Positions 24,575-35,869 of a stretch of DNA of 64,000 nucleotides are shown piece by piece. The number at the start of each line of letters is the position of its first letter. Within the stretch, counting starts at the first letter, position 1. The position numbers and the translations under genes are program-made. The notes below the pieces were generated by a model, which was not told where the DNA came from, did not search any database, and was given only the letters and a program-made list of their open reading frames with translations. This DNA is from Heptranchias perlo (lineage: Eukaryota): the NCBI RefSeq assembly GCF_035084215.1, contig NC_090336.1:40486001-40550000 (forward strand), in the 5' to 3' direction.

Positions 24575-25372
24575 AGTGATGGAAGGTATCGTCGACAGTG
24601 CTATCAAGTAGCACTTACTCACCAATAACCTGCTTACCGATGTTCAGTTTGGGTTCCGCCAGGACTACTCGACTCCAGACCTCATTACAGCCTTGGTCCA
24701 AACATGGACAAAAAAGCTGAATTCCAGTGGTGAGGTGAGAGTGACTGCCTTCACATCAAGGCAGCATTTGACCGAGTGTGGCACCAAGGAGCCCTAGTAA
24801 AATTGAAGTAAATGGGAATCAGGGGGAAAACTCTCAAGGCACACGTCAAGAGTGTGATGGAATACTCTCCACTTGCCTGGATGAGTGCAGCTCCAACAAC
24901 ACTCAAGATGCTCGACACCATCCAGGACAAAGCAGCCCGCTTGGTTGGCACCTGATCTATCACCCTAAACATTCACTCCCTTCACCAGTGGTGCACCATG
25001 GCTGCAGTGTGTACCATCTACAGGATGCACTGCAGCAACTCTCCAAGGCTTCTTCGACAACACCTCCCAAACCCGCGACCTCTACCACCTAGAAGGACAA
25101 GAGCAGCAGGCTCATGGGAACAACATCACCTGCATGTTCCCCTCCAAGTCACACACCATCCCAACTTGGAAATATATCGCCGTTCCTTCATCGTCGCTGG
25201 GTCAAAATCCTGGAACTCCCTTCCTAACAGCACTGTGGGAGAACCTTCACCACACGGACTGCAGCGGTTCAAGAAGGCGGCTCACCACCACCTTTTCAAG
25301 GGCAATTAGGGATGGGCAATAAATGCTGGCCTTGCCAGCGACGCCCACATCCCATGAATGATTAAAAAAAAA
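24575..25372 (+). mobile_element. Family B LINE, 5'-truncated with an internal deletion at ~24836
   Basis: RT segment (QFGFRQ...IKAAFD) joined directly to the 3' region; poly(A) tail. Confidence 0.85.
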
Positions 25373-25669
25373 TCCCACTTTGAGCAGTTTTGATTGGATT
25401 ACTGAAAGGCATTCAGCTCACACAATGTAATATAGCATGAATTCTTTAGTGTCCCATTGTCTGCCATAAAATGATGCCTTCCATCGCTCATAATCAAAAC
25501 AATGAGGGTACAGATGGCATCCTTTAAAGAAGTTAATTTTTGGTGATTTTTTCTCTCTTTGAATATAGGATAACAGTAAAGATTAAAGGAACATTCAGTC
25601 GTCCAGCTCATTTTAACTGGGAAGTCAACACTCTTGATTTATGTTCCAGATGGACAATTTTATGATTAT

Positions 25670-27810
25670 CAGTGTTAGCACTCTTGCCTCAGAGTCAGGA
25701 GGTCATGGGTTCAAGCCCCATCCCAGAGACTTCAGCATATAATTTAGGCTCACATTTCAGTGCAGTGCTGAGGGAGTGCTGCACTGTTGGAGGTTCTGGG
25801 CTGTAAATTGGGCCGCGTAGCACCCGTTTTGTAGACGCCACGTGGCCTCCTAAGGACTCAAAATGGCACCTGGAATGCGCGCACACGCTTCTAGCATGAC
25901 GTGCGTGGATGCCATCTTGGTAAAGGTGTTTGCGCATGCGCAGATAACGAATGCCGGCTGCATGTAAAATAGGGAGAATATGCGTTAGATTAGTGTGCAA
26001 TGCTGATTTAAAGGGAAAGATACAATTTTTGAACTCAATGCTCCAGCCAATGCATTGTCTTAACCTCGCACAGCTGAACAGGTCGTAAAAAGCATGGAAG
26101 ACCCCCCCCCTCCCCACCAGCGCTATTTAAAGGGATCATGCAGGATTTACAGGTTAGTTGCTGGACTATTGCTTCTGGCTGCTGATGCACTTGTACCTGT
26201 TTTTGGAGATCTCCTATACTTGGAATACTAGGACTAGGGGATATAGCCTCACATTTAGAGCCAGGACTTGAGGAGTGAAGTTAGGAAACGCTTCTACATG
26301 CAAAAGAGTGGTAGAAGTTTGGAATGCTCTTCTGCAAAAGGCAGTTGATGCGAGCTCAATTGTTAATTTTAAATCTGAGTTTGATAGATTTTTGTTAACC
26401 GAAGTTATTAGGGATATGGGACTAAGGGGGTATATGGAGTTAGGTCACAGATCAGCAATGATCTCAATGAATGGTGGAACAGGCTCAAGGAGCTAAATGG
26501 CCTACCCCTGTTCCTATCTTCCTATGTTCCTATAATAAAGTTTCAATACTCCACAGGGAGTGGCTAGCTGACAGGCAACAGTAAGAGCACTGGCAGTTAC
26601 GCAGCGCTGGAACAGGAATGCTGTCATCCTGAAAGAGGACAGCAGGTTCATGTTCCATGGAGCCACTGCCACTTGCTACCTCCTGTTATGCACCACCTTC
26701 TCTTGCAAGAAAGCGGGACGTGTGTTGGTGAGTGTCCTGCAGGATGTTTGGGTGATGTGCCTGTTGTGGTTGAATAGCTGCCAGTGTGTGTGACCTGTGA
26801 GTTGTGGATGCGTGGCTCGCAACAGTGGTAATGTGTGAGGGTGAGAGGAAGCATCTGATTTCAAAAGTTGAGTACTGATTGAAAGAGCTTATTGGTCAGT
26901 GGGTGATGGGGGGTGTAGTGCATGGAGCAGTGGATGCAGCTGGTGGTGCAGTTGGTAGGAGATGCCACTTAACAGTTGACCTCACTTACCTTGACCACTC
27001 GTGTCAAAGCATTGAACTTCTTCCTGCACTGCATCCACGTTCGAGGTGCTATGTGCCTGGCATTGACTTCATCCCCTACTTCCTTTCCACTGCCCCTTAA
27101 GCGTATGTCTGGAGGGCCTCATGCCCTCCTGTGTATATGGATGCCTCTCCTTCTGTCCACCTCTTGTATCAAGAAATGTAGTACACCATCAGAGAACCTT
27201 GGTGCACGCTCTCTCGCGGCCTGGTACCAGATCCGCAAATTGGTGAGGTCTGGCGTGCAGATTGGAGGATGTGGGATTTAATAGAGCACAACCTTTATTC
27301 AATGTTTTAACATAACTCAACAGTGTGTAAACATAGGGATGGGACCTGCACCTGTGTTTTACGTGTGCGATGTATGATCTCCATTCAGACTACGTGCGGT
27401 CCCGTATCTTAGATTTTGCAAATAAGTGGTGCAGGCTGCCTTTAAGAGGTGCAGGCTGCCTTTAAGAGGTGCTAGCCACTCGAGCGCTATAGGACCCCCC
27501 TGCTGGTGAGCAGCCACTCAACAGCGCAGCTAGGCCTGGCTGGACGCAGGAATCAGGTAAATGACCAGGCAGCTCGAATCTCACGTAAAATTTAACCCCC
27601 TCTGTCTTTCGGATGAGATGTTAAACCGAGGCCCCGTCTGCCCTCTTAGGTGGATGTAAAGATCATGTGGTACTATTTGAAGAGATGCAGGGGAGTTCTC
27701 CTCAACGAACATTACTAAAACAAATCAGCTGCTCATTTATTTCATTGCTATTTGTGGGAACTTGCTGTGTGCAAATTGGCTGTTATGTTTGCCTACGTTA
27801 CAACAGTGGT
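25670..27810 (+). mobile_element. tRNA-derived Deu-domain SINE split by a Harbinger derivative
   Basis: B-box-like GGTTCAAGCCC head; core GGAGTGCTGCACTGTTGGAGGT resumes at 27601 as TCTGTCTTTCGGATGAG...; matches the copies at 38.3 and 56.8 kb. Confidence 0.8.
25798..27600 (-). mobile_element. Non-autonomous Harbinger derivative with remnants of a Myb/SANT-like gene
   Basis: Termini GGGCTGTAAATT / AATTTAACCCCC, TSD TCT. Minus-strand remnants RAPRFSDG and RTWMQCRKKFNALTRVVK|gtaagt (~26990-27215) and EKVVHNRR; contains a CR1 3' piece at ~26222-26532. Confidence 0.8.
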
Positions 27811-28310
27811 TACAGGGGTAATTTTGAACTTTGCTATGTGGGCTTTAACATGGCAAAGGGGATCGGGTGGGTTCTAAAATAGTGGGTGATCTGCTCCATC
27901 AGGTTACATTGTTTGTTCTCATTGTGAAAATTGTATACTGCTCATTCAAATATTTTACATAAAATAAACTAGTTGTTGGTTTGAAGCTGTGCCTGTCTCA
28001 ACAGAGTCCACCTTCCATAATGAGAGAAGAACGTGTGACGGCATGTGGGTTATTTCAGTAGGCGGTATAAGGAGCAAGGGTTCTCTGTTACAAACGCTGA
28101 GTCATGTTATTGTTTAGATATTGGGCAATAAAGGTGTATTCTGGATTGTGGGGGATGTGATGTCTGCTTGCAGGTGTGACTGGCAATGCTGAACCCCAGA
28201 GAATATCTAGTGCAAAAAACAGAAGACTGCAATATAGCACTTGTATATGGAAACTATTATTAAAGAACCCACTTTTCAGGATATATCAAGGACTACAAGG
28301 ATACATGTAT

Positions 28311-28408
28311 CAAGGCTCACCACCACCTTCTCGAGGGCAATTAGGGATGGGCAATAAATGCTGGCCTTGCCAGCGACGCCCACATCCCGTGAACGAATAA
28401 AAAAAAAA
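28311..28408 (+). mobile_element. Family B LINE 3' terminal fragment
   Basis: CAAGGCTCACCACCACCTTCTC...GAATAAAAAAAAA, the same as the ends at 20.8 and 25.3 kb. Confidence 0.85.
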
Positions 28409-28812
28409 TGGAGCATGGGTACGAATCCAATTTTTGGGATTTGTCACTTAGGCCCAATTTCTGTAGACCACTGCTTCTTTGCTCTTTATGTTACATGATA
28501 CTCTCCATAGAATGGTGTGTATCAGATTTTATGTTGATAATTATTGCGCTGGACTCAAAGAAAACCTTCAAGACTTTAATTATTATTTTTATTTACGTAG
28601 AAAATTAGCACCACAGGAGTAAAGTTAATAATGGTTGTTTTAACAAGCATAGCACCAAAATTATATTTGCAAGCAGACTCTTTAAAACCTATTTGTGCAT
28701 CAAACATTAAATTCAAGGCAGTAACACCAAAGAAACATTGGAGCTAAAATTACCAAATAGCCAAAGATCAAACAACAAACTTCCTAGGTTTCTGCACTGC
28801 ATCATTTAAATG

Positions 28813-28832
28813 TTTATTCAATTGTATTTATT
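28813..28832 (-). terminator. RAG2: Candidate RAG2 poly(A) signals
   Basis: Two minus-strand AATAAA (28813-28818, 28827-28832), about 400 nt past the stop codon. Confidence 0.45.
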
Positions 28833-29221
28833 GCATTTTAAATGTGTTCTACTCTGGCCTACTGTATTCTGAGAATCTTCTGCAGTTTACAATATAACAG
28901 TGTCAGTAGACAACATTGCAATTCTATTAGATCTTTTGTTAAACAAAACTATGTACATTTTTTTATTTAACAAGAAATAATTCACACCATGGTACATATA
29001 GCCAATACAATGCTAATGCAGAGTTGACTTTTAGTCCACTGATTGTTGTATGCTGCATATATAGTTCATACAATTATGTCTGATATTTCGTACAGTAATA
29101 AGTCTAAAATAAGTTGGATATCAGAATGCACAGATAATTCTATGCCCCAAATGCCAAATCTAAATTGTTGCATTGTCAATCATTTTCCAAGTCTAGAATT
29201 ACTGCTAAAACTCTTGCAATT

Positions 29222-30781
29222 TCAATCAAACAGTCTCTTCAGAAAGCTCTTTTTCATTGGCGTCCTTTTCAGTGTTGCTGGTGATTTCTTACGTGGGGAT
29301 TTTATTGGTGTTCGCTTTATCTGTTTTTTCTTCTGTGGAGTTTTAATTCCTCTGTCAATATGATGCTCATTGCAAAAGTACTTTGTGTTCTCCTGAGAAA
29401 ACTGAATCAGCTGTGATTCTGCGAGATCCATGCACTGGGCATGTACCCAGTGCCCATCATCTCTTCCATTGGAGCAGAAGATCATAGCAGGTTTGTTGAG
29501 TTCTGTGGAGTAATAAGGCACCCAGATGTTGATATTCACATTACAGGTGGCACTACATTTAATCCAGTAACCTTCCTCATCAGCATTATCCAAGTTCTCC
29601 ACATCATCAGAGCCATCAGCTTCCACTTCAAAGTGAAATTCTTCTGAATCTTCAAGTGTGCTGCATTCCTCTGGATCAGTAAAGGATTCCTGGCTGGCAG
29701 AAACTTGGCTTTCTTCCTCTAACTGTCCAAAATTTACCAAATAGAAGTAGTTTGCCTCAGCTGCATCTTGTTTGGTTTCTCCAGGAATGCCGATTAACAC
29801 TGCACTACTTCCCATATCACTACCAAACCAGGTTTTGCTTGCTTTAATATCACTAGTCCATGCTGGAGGCTCCTTTTCCAAAATCTGAATGTTGTCATTC
29901 TCCAAAATGACGGTGTTACAAATCATTCGCTTCTGACTCTCGGATTCATAGCCACCAACAATGATGAATTCATCTTTGCCAGCCTGGGTCACAATTGCAC
30001 TTGATACAGAGATGCCACTATGCAGTATTGTGCAGTTTACACTTGGATAGATCCCTAACAGATCAACTTTTAGACTAAGCAATCTTGCAGGACGATGATT
30101 GGTTTCAATGGAATGGCCACCTAATATGTAGACAGTGTCAATTTTTGCAATGGAGACATGGAATGAAAACCCATCTTCTATTTCTGGAAGCATGTGGGAT
30201 GTGCAATGGCCAGTGTTTATATCAATCAGAAAAACCTGTGGCAAACAATCCACTACACTGTTCCAGTTTTCTGTGGTTCTTTGCCCTGGAGGCCGGTAAC
30301 ATCTACCCCCAAACAAGACACACATAGTTTGTCCCTTGCTCTGAATCACATTGATAGTGTGACCATATCTTCCTTGGGGGACATCTCCTTTTAGATTTTT
30401 CTCGATGCAACGAAGAGATGTTCTCTTGTTACCAGCATTGCTGTAAACCATCATGAGGTAAAGTAAATCAGGCAGTTCATTATTTGGAGCTCTCCCACCA
30501 TGAATGAGATAAAAAAGGGTGTTTGTTTCTGAGGGATCTGAGTAATGAGTTATTGCAGGACAACGCAACGGTGGAAGATAGCATGAGTCAGATGAAAATG
30601 AAACAGCTCTTAGTTTGAGTTTGTGACCTTTGAGATGAAGAAGAAACACACCTGTGCAGCAGGATCTTTTGGGCCACCCTTTCTGGCCAAAAAAAAAGAC
30701 TTCACCATGAAAATTCAATAAGGAGAATCCAGTATGTATAAGGACTGCATTGCTGTCAGCTGAAACCATTTGCAGGGACAT
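29222..30781 (-). CDS. RAG2: V(D)J recombination-activating protein 2 (519 aa; start at MSLQMVS, not the ORF-track start)
   Basis: Kelch-like core (FFGQKGWPKRSC, YLPPLRCPA, GRYGHTI, LFGGR), acidic hinge (EDSEEF), PHD finger (GYWIKC...AMIFCS...HWVHAQC...YFCNEH), C-terminal KKSFLKRLFD. Splice acceptors just upstream (AAG|GTACTG at 30806; alternative CAG|CAATG at 30783). Confidence 0.99.
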   Translation of the reverse strand: MSLQMVSADSNAVLIHTGFSLLNFHGEVFFFGQKGWPKRSCCTGVFLLHLKGHKLKLRAVSFSSDSCYLPPLRCPAITHYSDPSETNTLFYLIHGGRAPNNELPDLLYLMMVYSNAGNKRTSLRCIEKNLKGDVPQGRYGHTINVIQSKGQTMCVLFGGRCYRPPGQRTTENWNSVVDCLPQVFLIDINTGHCTSHMLPEIEDGFSFHVSIAKIDTVYILGGHSIETNHRPARLLSLKVDLLGIYPSVNCTILHSGISVSSAIVTQAGKDEFIIVGGYESESQKRMICNTVILENDNIQILEKEPPAWTSDIKASKTWFGSDMGSSAVLIGIPGETKQDAAEANYFYLVNFGQLEEESQVSASQESFTDPEECSTLEDSEEFHFEVEADGSDDVENLDNADEEGYWIKCSATCNVNINIWVPYYSTELNKPAMIFCSNGRDDGHWVHAQCMDLAESQLIQFSQENTKYFCNEHHIDRGIKTPQKKKQIKRTPIKSPRKKSPATLKRTPMKKSFLKRLFD

Positions 30782-31332
30782 TGCTGCAATGGAAAGAAGA
30801 CAGTACCTTTGAAAGGAGAAGAAACATAAAATAATATTAGAAATAAAAGATTTATAGTGAAATTGATTATCACAGATTCTGATAATGCAGAACAACCACT
30901 CTACAGCTTTTTGATAGGTGTACAAATGCTACTTTTTGGCTATAATTTGTTTGATAAATCAACGATTAAAAATGACCTTCATTTTATATTTCAAAATTCA
31001 ATTACTTTGGGTTTATGAAATTCTTTTATGTTGTTAAATGATGAAAACATTGCATTACATTGATTTTATTTTTAAAAAAAATTCAATTATTTTCAATACA
31101 TGAGCTGTAATTGCTTCTAACATTGTTACAACAGTTCAGCTTCAATAAATCTTCATTCAGCCCACTTTGTTTCTTTTCAATTTTCAATTCCAGCTCAGGA
31201 TATTTTTCTGCTTTTGACTATTGTTCTTTCTTACCAACATCAGGGGGTGTTGTAAAAGGTACAATGGAACTCTCAAAGAGCCATGTTATTAAAGATCCTG
31301 GTATGGGTTGAACGTGCATCAGCTGGAGACTA

Positions 31333-32135
31333 TGGCCTGGAAATTGGTTTGCGGCGGTAGGCCAGCGCGAAATGGGTGCAGGGAACGATCGCTGCGCCGG
31401 AACGGATATGCCCAAGATGCACCTGATATTGAGCCACGGGCCTCATTTACATGAGGCTGGCGAGACGCAGATCCCTGCTGGGCGTCACAGGTAGGTTCTG
31501 GGAGGGGTGGGTGGCGATCTGGAGAGTGGGGGGTGGAATCGGTCAGGAGGTAGGGGCAGCCAGGAGAGGAAGGGAAGACATCAGGAGGGAAGGGTGGGCG
31601 ACTGGGAGAGGGGGGGTAAGCGGTCAGGAGAGATGGGGGGAAGCAATTAGGAGAGGGGGAAGCAATGATCGGGAAAGGGAAGGAGGTAATTGGGAGAGGG
31701 GTGAGTGGTGCCCGGCAGCATCCCGTGGTTTCAATGTGGAGCTGGGGGAGCAGTCCTGCACCTCCTGGTTCCATGTTCAGGTAAGTATTTTCTTAAAAAT
31801 GTATCTTTTTGGTGGTGGCTTGCAGCAATTCCTATTAAGTACCTCTGGTTAGTCCACATGTAGACCATCTTTTCTTAAACATAGCCAGCCTGACAGCACA
31901 ATATTACAAAGGGGTCCTCAAATCGGCATTAGACCCCTTATTTGCAAATGCAAAAGGGCATAACACCAGTTTCAGGTGGGGGTCCTGGACGCCTATTTTT
32001 CTGCCTTTACCAATATGGCAGGTGGCGCACTTCCAGCATGTAATGAGAGCGTGCGTCCCGCCTGCCATTTTAGAAGCTTAGGCACCCTTTTTGCACCAGA
32101 AACACAGGCAATAGCATCATCGAAATTCTAGGCCC
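31333..32135. mobile_element. MITE, Harbinger-like, in RAG2 intron 1
   Basis: Termini TGGCCTGGAAATT / AAATTCTAGGCCC; GC-rich interior related to the other MITEs. Confidence 0.6.
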
Positions 32136-32259
32136 ATTTTTCAACTGCTAATTTGGATAAAAGAATCAGCCTTCAGCAATAAACAGTGATATAAGTCTAA
32201 AAGTAGCATCCCTAGAAAAGCTTTAAATTTAGATTGATTTTGCTTTAACATATGCTGTA

Positions 32260-33765
32260 ACTACAGGCTGATCTCCAATCTCCCTTTCCTCTCCAAAGTC
32301 CTTGAACATGTTCCCGCCTCCCAAATCCATACCCACCTTTCCTGGAACTTCATTTTCACATCTCTCCAAACAAGTTTCCGCCCTGCCACAGCACTGATAC
32401 AGCTATAATCAAAGTCACAAATGACATCCTCTGTGACTGTGACCATGGTACACTATCCTTCCTCATCCTTCTCAACCTCTCTGCAGCCTCCGACACGGTC
32501 GACTACACCATCCTCCTCCAATGTCTCTCCTTCATTGTCCATCTGAGTGGGAACGCCCTCGCTTGGTTCCACTATTAACTATCCAATCGTGGCCAGAACA
32601 TCTCCAGCAATGGCCTATCTACCTGCCCCCACACCACTGCCTCTGAAGTCCCTCAAGGATCTAGTCTTGGCTCCCTCCGCTTCCTCATTGATGTGCTGCC
32701 CCTCGGCGACATCATCCGAGGGCTTCGTTTCAGGTTCCACATATTTGCTGATGACACCCAGCTCTACCTCTCCACCACCTCTCTTGTCCCCTGCACTGCC
32801 TGTGTTGTCAGCCTGCTTGTTTGACATCCAGTCCTGGATCAGCTGCAATTTTCTCTCGTAAACACTGGGAAGACCGAAGCCATTTTCTTCAGCCCCCGCC
32901 ACAAACTCAGTTCCCAGCTGCTGACTCCATCCCCCTCCCTGGCCACTGTTAGAGGCTGAACCAGACTGTTTGTAACCTCAGCGTTCCACTTGACCCTGAG
33001 CTGAGATTCTGATTCCATATCCTCTCCATTACAATGATCGCCTACTTTCACCTCCGTAATATCACCCGTCTCCTCCCCAGCCTCAGCCAAACTGCTGCTG
33101 ACACCCTCATCCATACTTTAGTTACCTCCAGACTTGACTGTTCCAATGCTCTCCTGGCTGGCCTCCCATCTTCCATCCTCCGTAAACTTGAGCTCATCCA
33201 AAACTCTGTTGCCTGTATCCTAACTCGCACCAAGTCCCGTTCACCCATCACCCCTGTGCTCACTGACCTACATTGGCTCCCGGTCCAGCAACACCTCAAA
33301 TGTAAAATTCTCATCCTTGTGTTCAAATCCCTCCATGGCCTCGCCTCTCCCTATCTCTGTAACCTGTTCTGGCCCTACCTCTGAGAACACTGCGTTACTC
33401 CAATTCTGACCTCTTGTGCATCCCCGATTTCCTTTGCCCCACCACTGGCGGCTGTGCCTTCAGCTGTCTAGACCCTAAGCTCTGAAATTTCTTCCCTATA
33501 TCTCTCAGCATCCCACCCTCTCTCTCCTTCTTTAAGAAAGAAAGACTTGCATTTATATAGAGCCTTTCATGACCTCAGGACATCCCAAAGTGCTTCACAG
33601 CCAATAAAGTATAAAAGCTCCGTAAAACCTACCTCATGGATCAAGCTTTTGGTCACCTGTTCTAATATCTCCTTATGCGGCTTGGTGTCAAATTTTCTCT
33701 GAAATACTCTTGTGAAGCGACTTGGGGTGTTTTACTACATTAAAGGTGCTATATAAATGCAAGTA
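32260..33765 (+). mobile_element. L2 LINE, 3' part (RT), with an inverted SINE tail nested at ~33535-33610
   Basis: ISNLPFLSKVLE, KVTNDIL, FADDTQLY, AYFHLRNI, LVTSRLDCSNALLAGLP; 3' tail ...GGTGCTATATAAATGCAAGT shared with the SINEs. Confidence 0.9.
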
Positions 33766-33774
33766 GTTGGTGGG

Positions 33775-34852
33775 CGGGGAGATTGGTGAATAAATATGTA
33801 AGAGTAGAGAGATTGGTGTATGATATGTAAGAGTGTGGAAATTGGTGTATAATATGTAAGAATTGGGAGATTCGTGTATAATATGTAAGAGTATGGGTAT
33901 TAGTGTATAAAATGTATGAATATGAGGATTACTCTATAATATGTAAGAGTGTGGAGATTGATGTATAAAAGTAAGAGTGTGGAGATTGGTGTATAATATA
34001 TAAGAGTGGGGAGATTGGTGTATAAATATGTAAGTGTGGAGATTGGTGTATAATGTGTAAGAGTGTGGAGATTGGTGTATAATGTGTAAGAGTGTGGAGA
34101 TTGGTGTATAATATGTAAGAGTGGGGAGATTGGTGTATAATATGTAAGAGTGGGGAGATTGGTGTATAAATAAGAGTGGGGAGATTGATGTATTAATAAG
34201 AGTGGGGGGATTGATGTATTAATAAGAGTGGGGAGATTGGTGTATAATATGTAGGGGTGGTGAGATTTATGTATAATATGTAGGGGTGGGGGGATTGGTG
34301 TATAATATGTAGGGGTGTGGGGATTGGTGTATAATATGTAAGAGTGGGGGGATTGATGTACAATATGTAGGGGTGTGGGGATTGATGTATTAATAAGAGT
34401 GGGGGGATTGTAGTATAATATGTAAGAGTGGGGGGGATTGATGCGTAATATGTAAGAGTGGGGGGGATTGGTGTATTAATAAGAGTGGGGGGGATTGATG
34501 TGTAATATGTAAGAGTGGGGGGATTGGTGTATAATGTGTAAGAGTGGGGGGGATTGATGTATTAATAAGAGTGGGGGGATTGATGTATTAATAAGAGTGG
34601 GGGGGATTGGTGTATAATATGTAAGAGTGGTGAGATTTATGTATAATATGTAGGGGTGGGGGGACTGATGTACAATATGTAGGGGTGTGGGGAGATTGAT
34701 GTATTAATAAGAGTGGGGGGGGATTGATGTATAATATGTAAGAGTGGGGGATTGATGTATTAATAAGAGTGGGGGGGATTGGTGTATAATATGTAAGAGT
34801 GGGGGATTGGTGTATTAATAAGAGTGGGGGGGATTGATGTATTAATAAGAGT
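33775..34852. repeat. G-rich minisatellite, ~26-30-bp unit, roughly 38 copies
   Basis: Consensus GGAGATTGGTGTATAATATGTAAGAGTG; almost no C on the + strand. Confidence 0.95.
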
Positions 34853-34929
34853 GATAGTTTATTACTGTGAACCAATGACCGTACTTATCCTCATATTCAA
34901 AGGAGGCTCGTTTACTACAGATTGGAATT

Positions 34930-35545
34930 TCCGGCCGGGCAAAACCGCATTTTGAACTTTATCTGCCGCGATCTTGTGATATTAATTCCTTGGGAGCGCT
35001 TATAATAACAACATATTCCAGACCAAAACGATTTAGGACACACCATCTTACTACGCAATGTCACAGGAGACATAAAATGACACATCTCCTCCCCTCTCCC
35101 CCGCTCAGATTCGGTGCAGGACCCAAGGGCGATGGGTTGTTCCCCCCCCCCGGGGAGGCCTATTGCGGTGGGAGGAGGAAAGCGCCCGCCGAGGGTGGCT
35201 TCGCGGGAGTTGTAGTTCCCCCAGTCCTGGTTGGCGGACTACAACTCCCGGCGTGCGCCGCGCCGTGTCGCATTGCTCCGCCGAGGACGCTCAGCTGTTG
35301 CTAGGGGCCGGGAGGAGGAGGCTGCGGAGGAGGACAGGGACAGTGAGTACAACCTGGTCCAAATGAGAGCGCTAAACTTCGCTCAAACCATTGAGAAGTC
35401 GAGCAACTGGGTCATTAGTAACTTAGCGCGGTCCATTTCTTCTGTATGAATACTTTCTCTCTCAAGCTCCTCGCCTGTAATAACTCCTACAGGAATACAA
35501 CTCCCTGTTGGCGCCGGTCGTCAACGGGACCGGGCCGGCCTGTGA
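34930..35545. promoter_or_regulatory. IFTAP: CpG-island promoter of NWC/IFTAP with two inverted ZNF143 (SBS) motifs and an RFX-type motif
   Basis: CpG-dense non-repeat DNA; AACTACAACTCCCGCGAAGC on - (35198-35217) and GACTACAACTCCCGGCGTGC on + (35237-35256); CTGTTGCTAGG at 35295-35305. Confidence 0.85.
35280..35342 (+). other. IFTAP: Probable non-coding exon 1 of NWC/IFTAP (start approximate)
   Basis: Donor ACA|GTGAGT at 35342/35343 just downstream of the ZNF143 pair. Confidence 0.6.
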
Positions 35546-35869
35546 TGCCCTCTACAGTTCAATAGCTTGCCCACAATCTCTCTCTCTCTCTCTTCCACAT
35601 GCAGAGTGGCACCTGGTGCTGCTCGAACTATACCTCATCAAGGAGTCCTTGCCTTCAGGAGAGGGAACGGGTAAATGAAACCATTGATATAGCTGAGATT
35701 CCCCCATTATTCACATTTTTGGTGAGGGTTCTTGGGTTCCGGTGAGCTCCAAATGGTCACTATCAGCCAGGAATTATTGTAGAGTCAGAATTTTACAGTA
35801 CAGAAGGAGGCCTTTTGGCAAATTGTGCCTGGATTTTTTTTTCCTTTTTCAAATATTTATTTACTTCCC

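Noticed and set aside
29043-30394. Antisense ORFs over RAG2 (and similar short ORFs over RAG1 and the LINEs)
   Set aside because: They are short shadow frames of real coding sequence with no recognisable motifs.
30782-30925. 48-aa N-terminal extension of RAG2 in the ORF track
   Set aside because: It starts at a non-ATG codon and crosses a pyrimidine tract and splice acceptor; the conserved start is MSLQMV at 30781.
33775-34875. CRISPR-like array or coding ORF (34588-34875)
   Set aside because: There are no unique spacers and the context is vertebrate; the ORF is a translation of the minisatellite.
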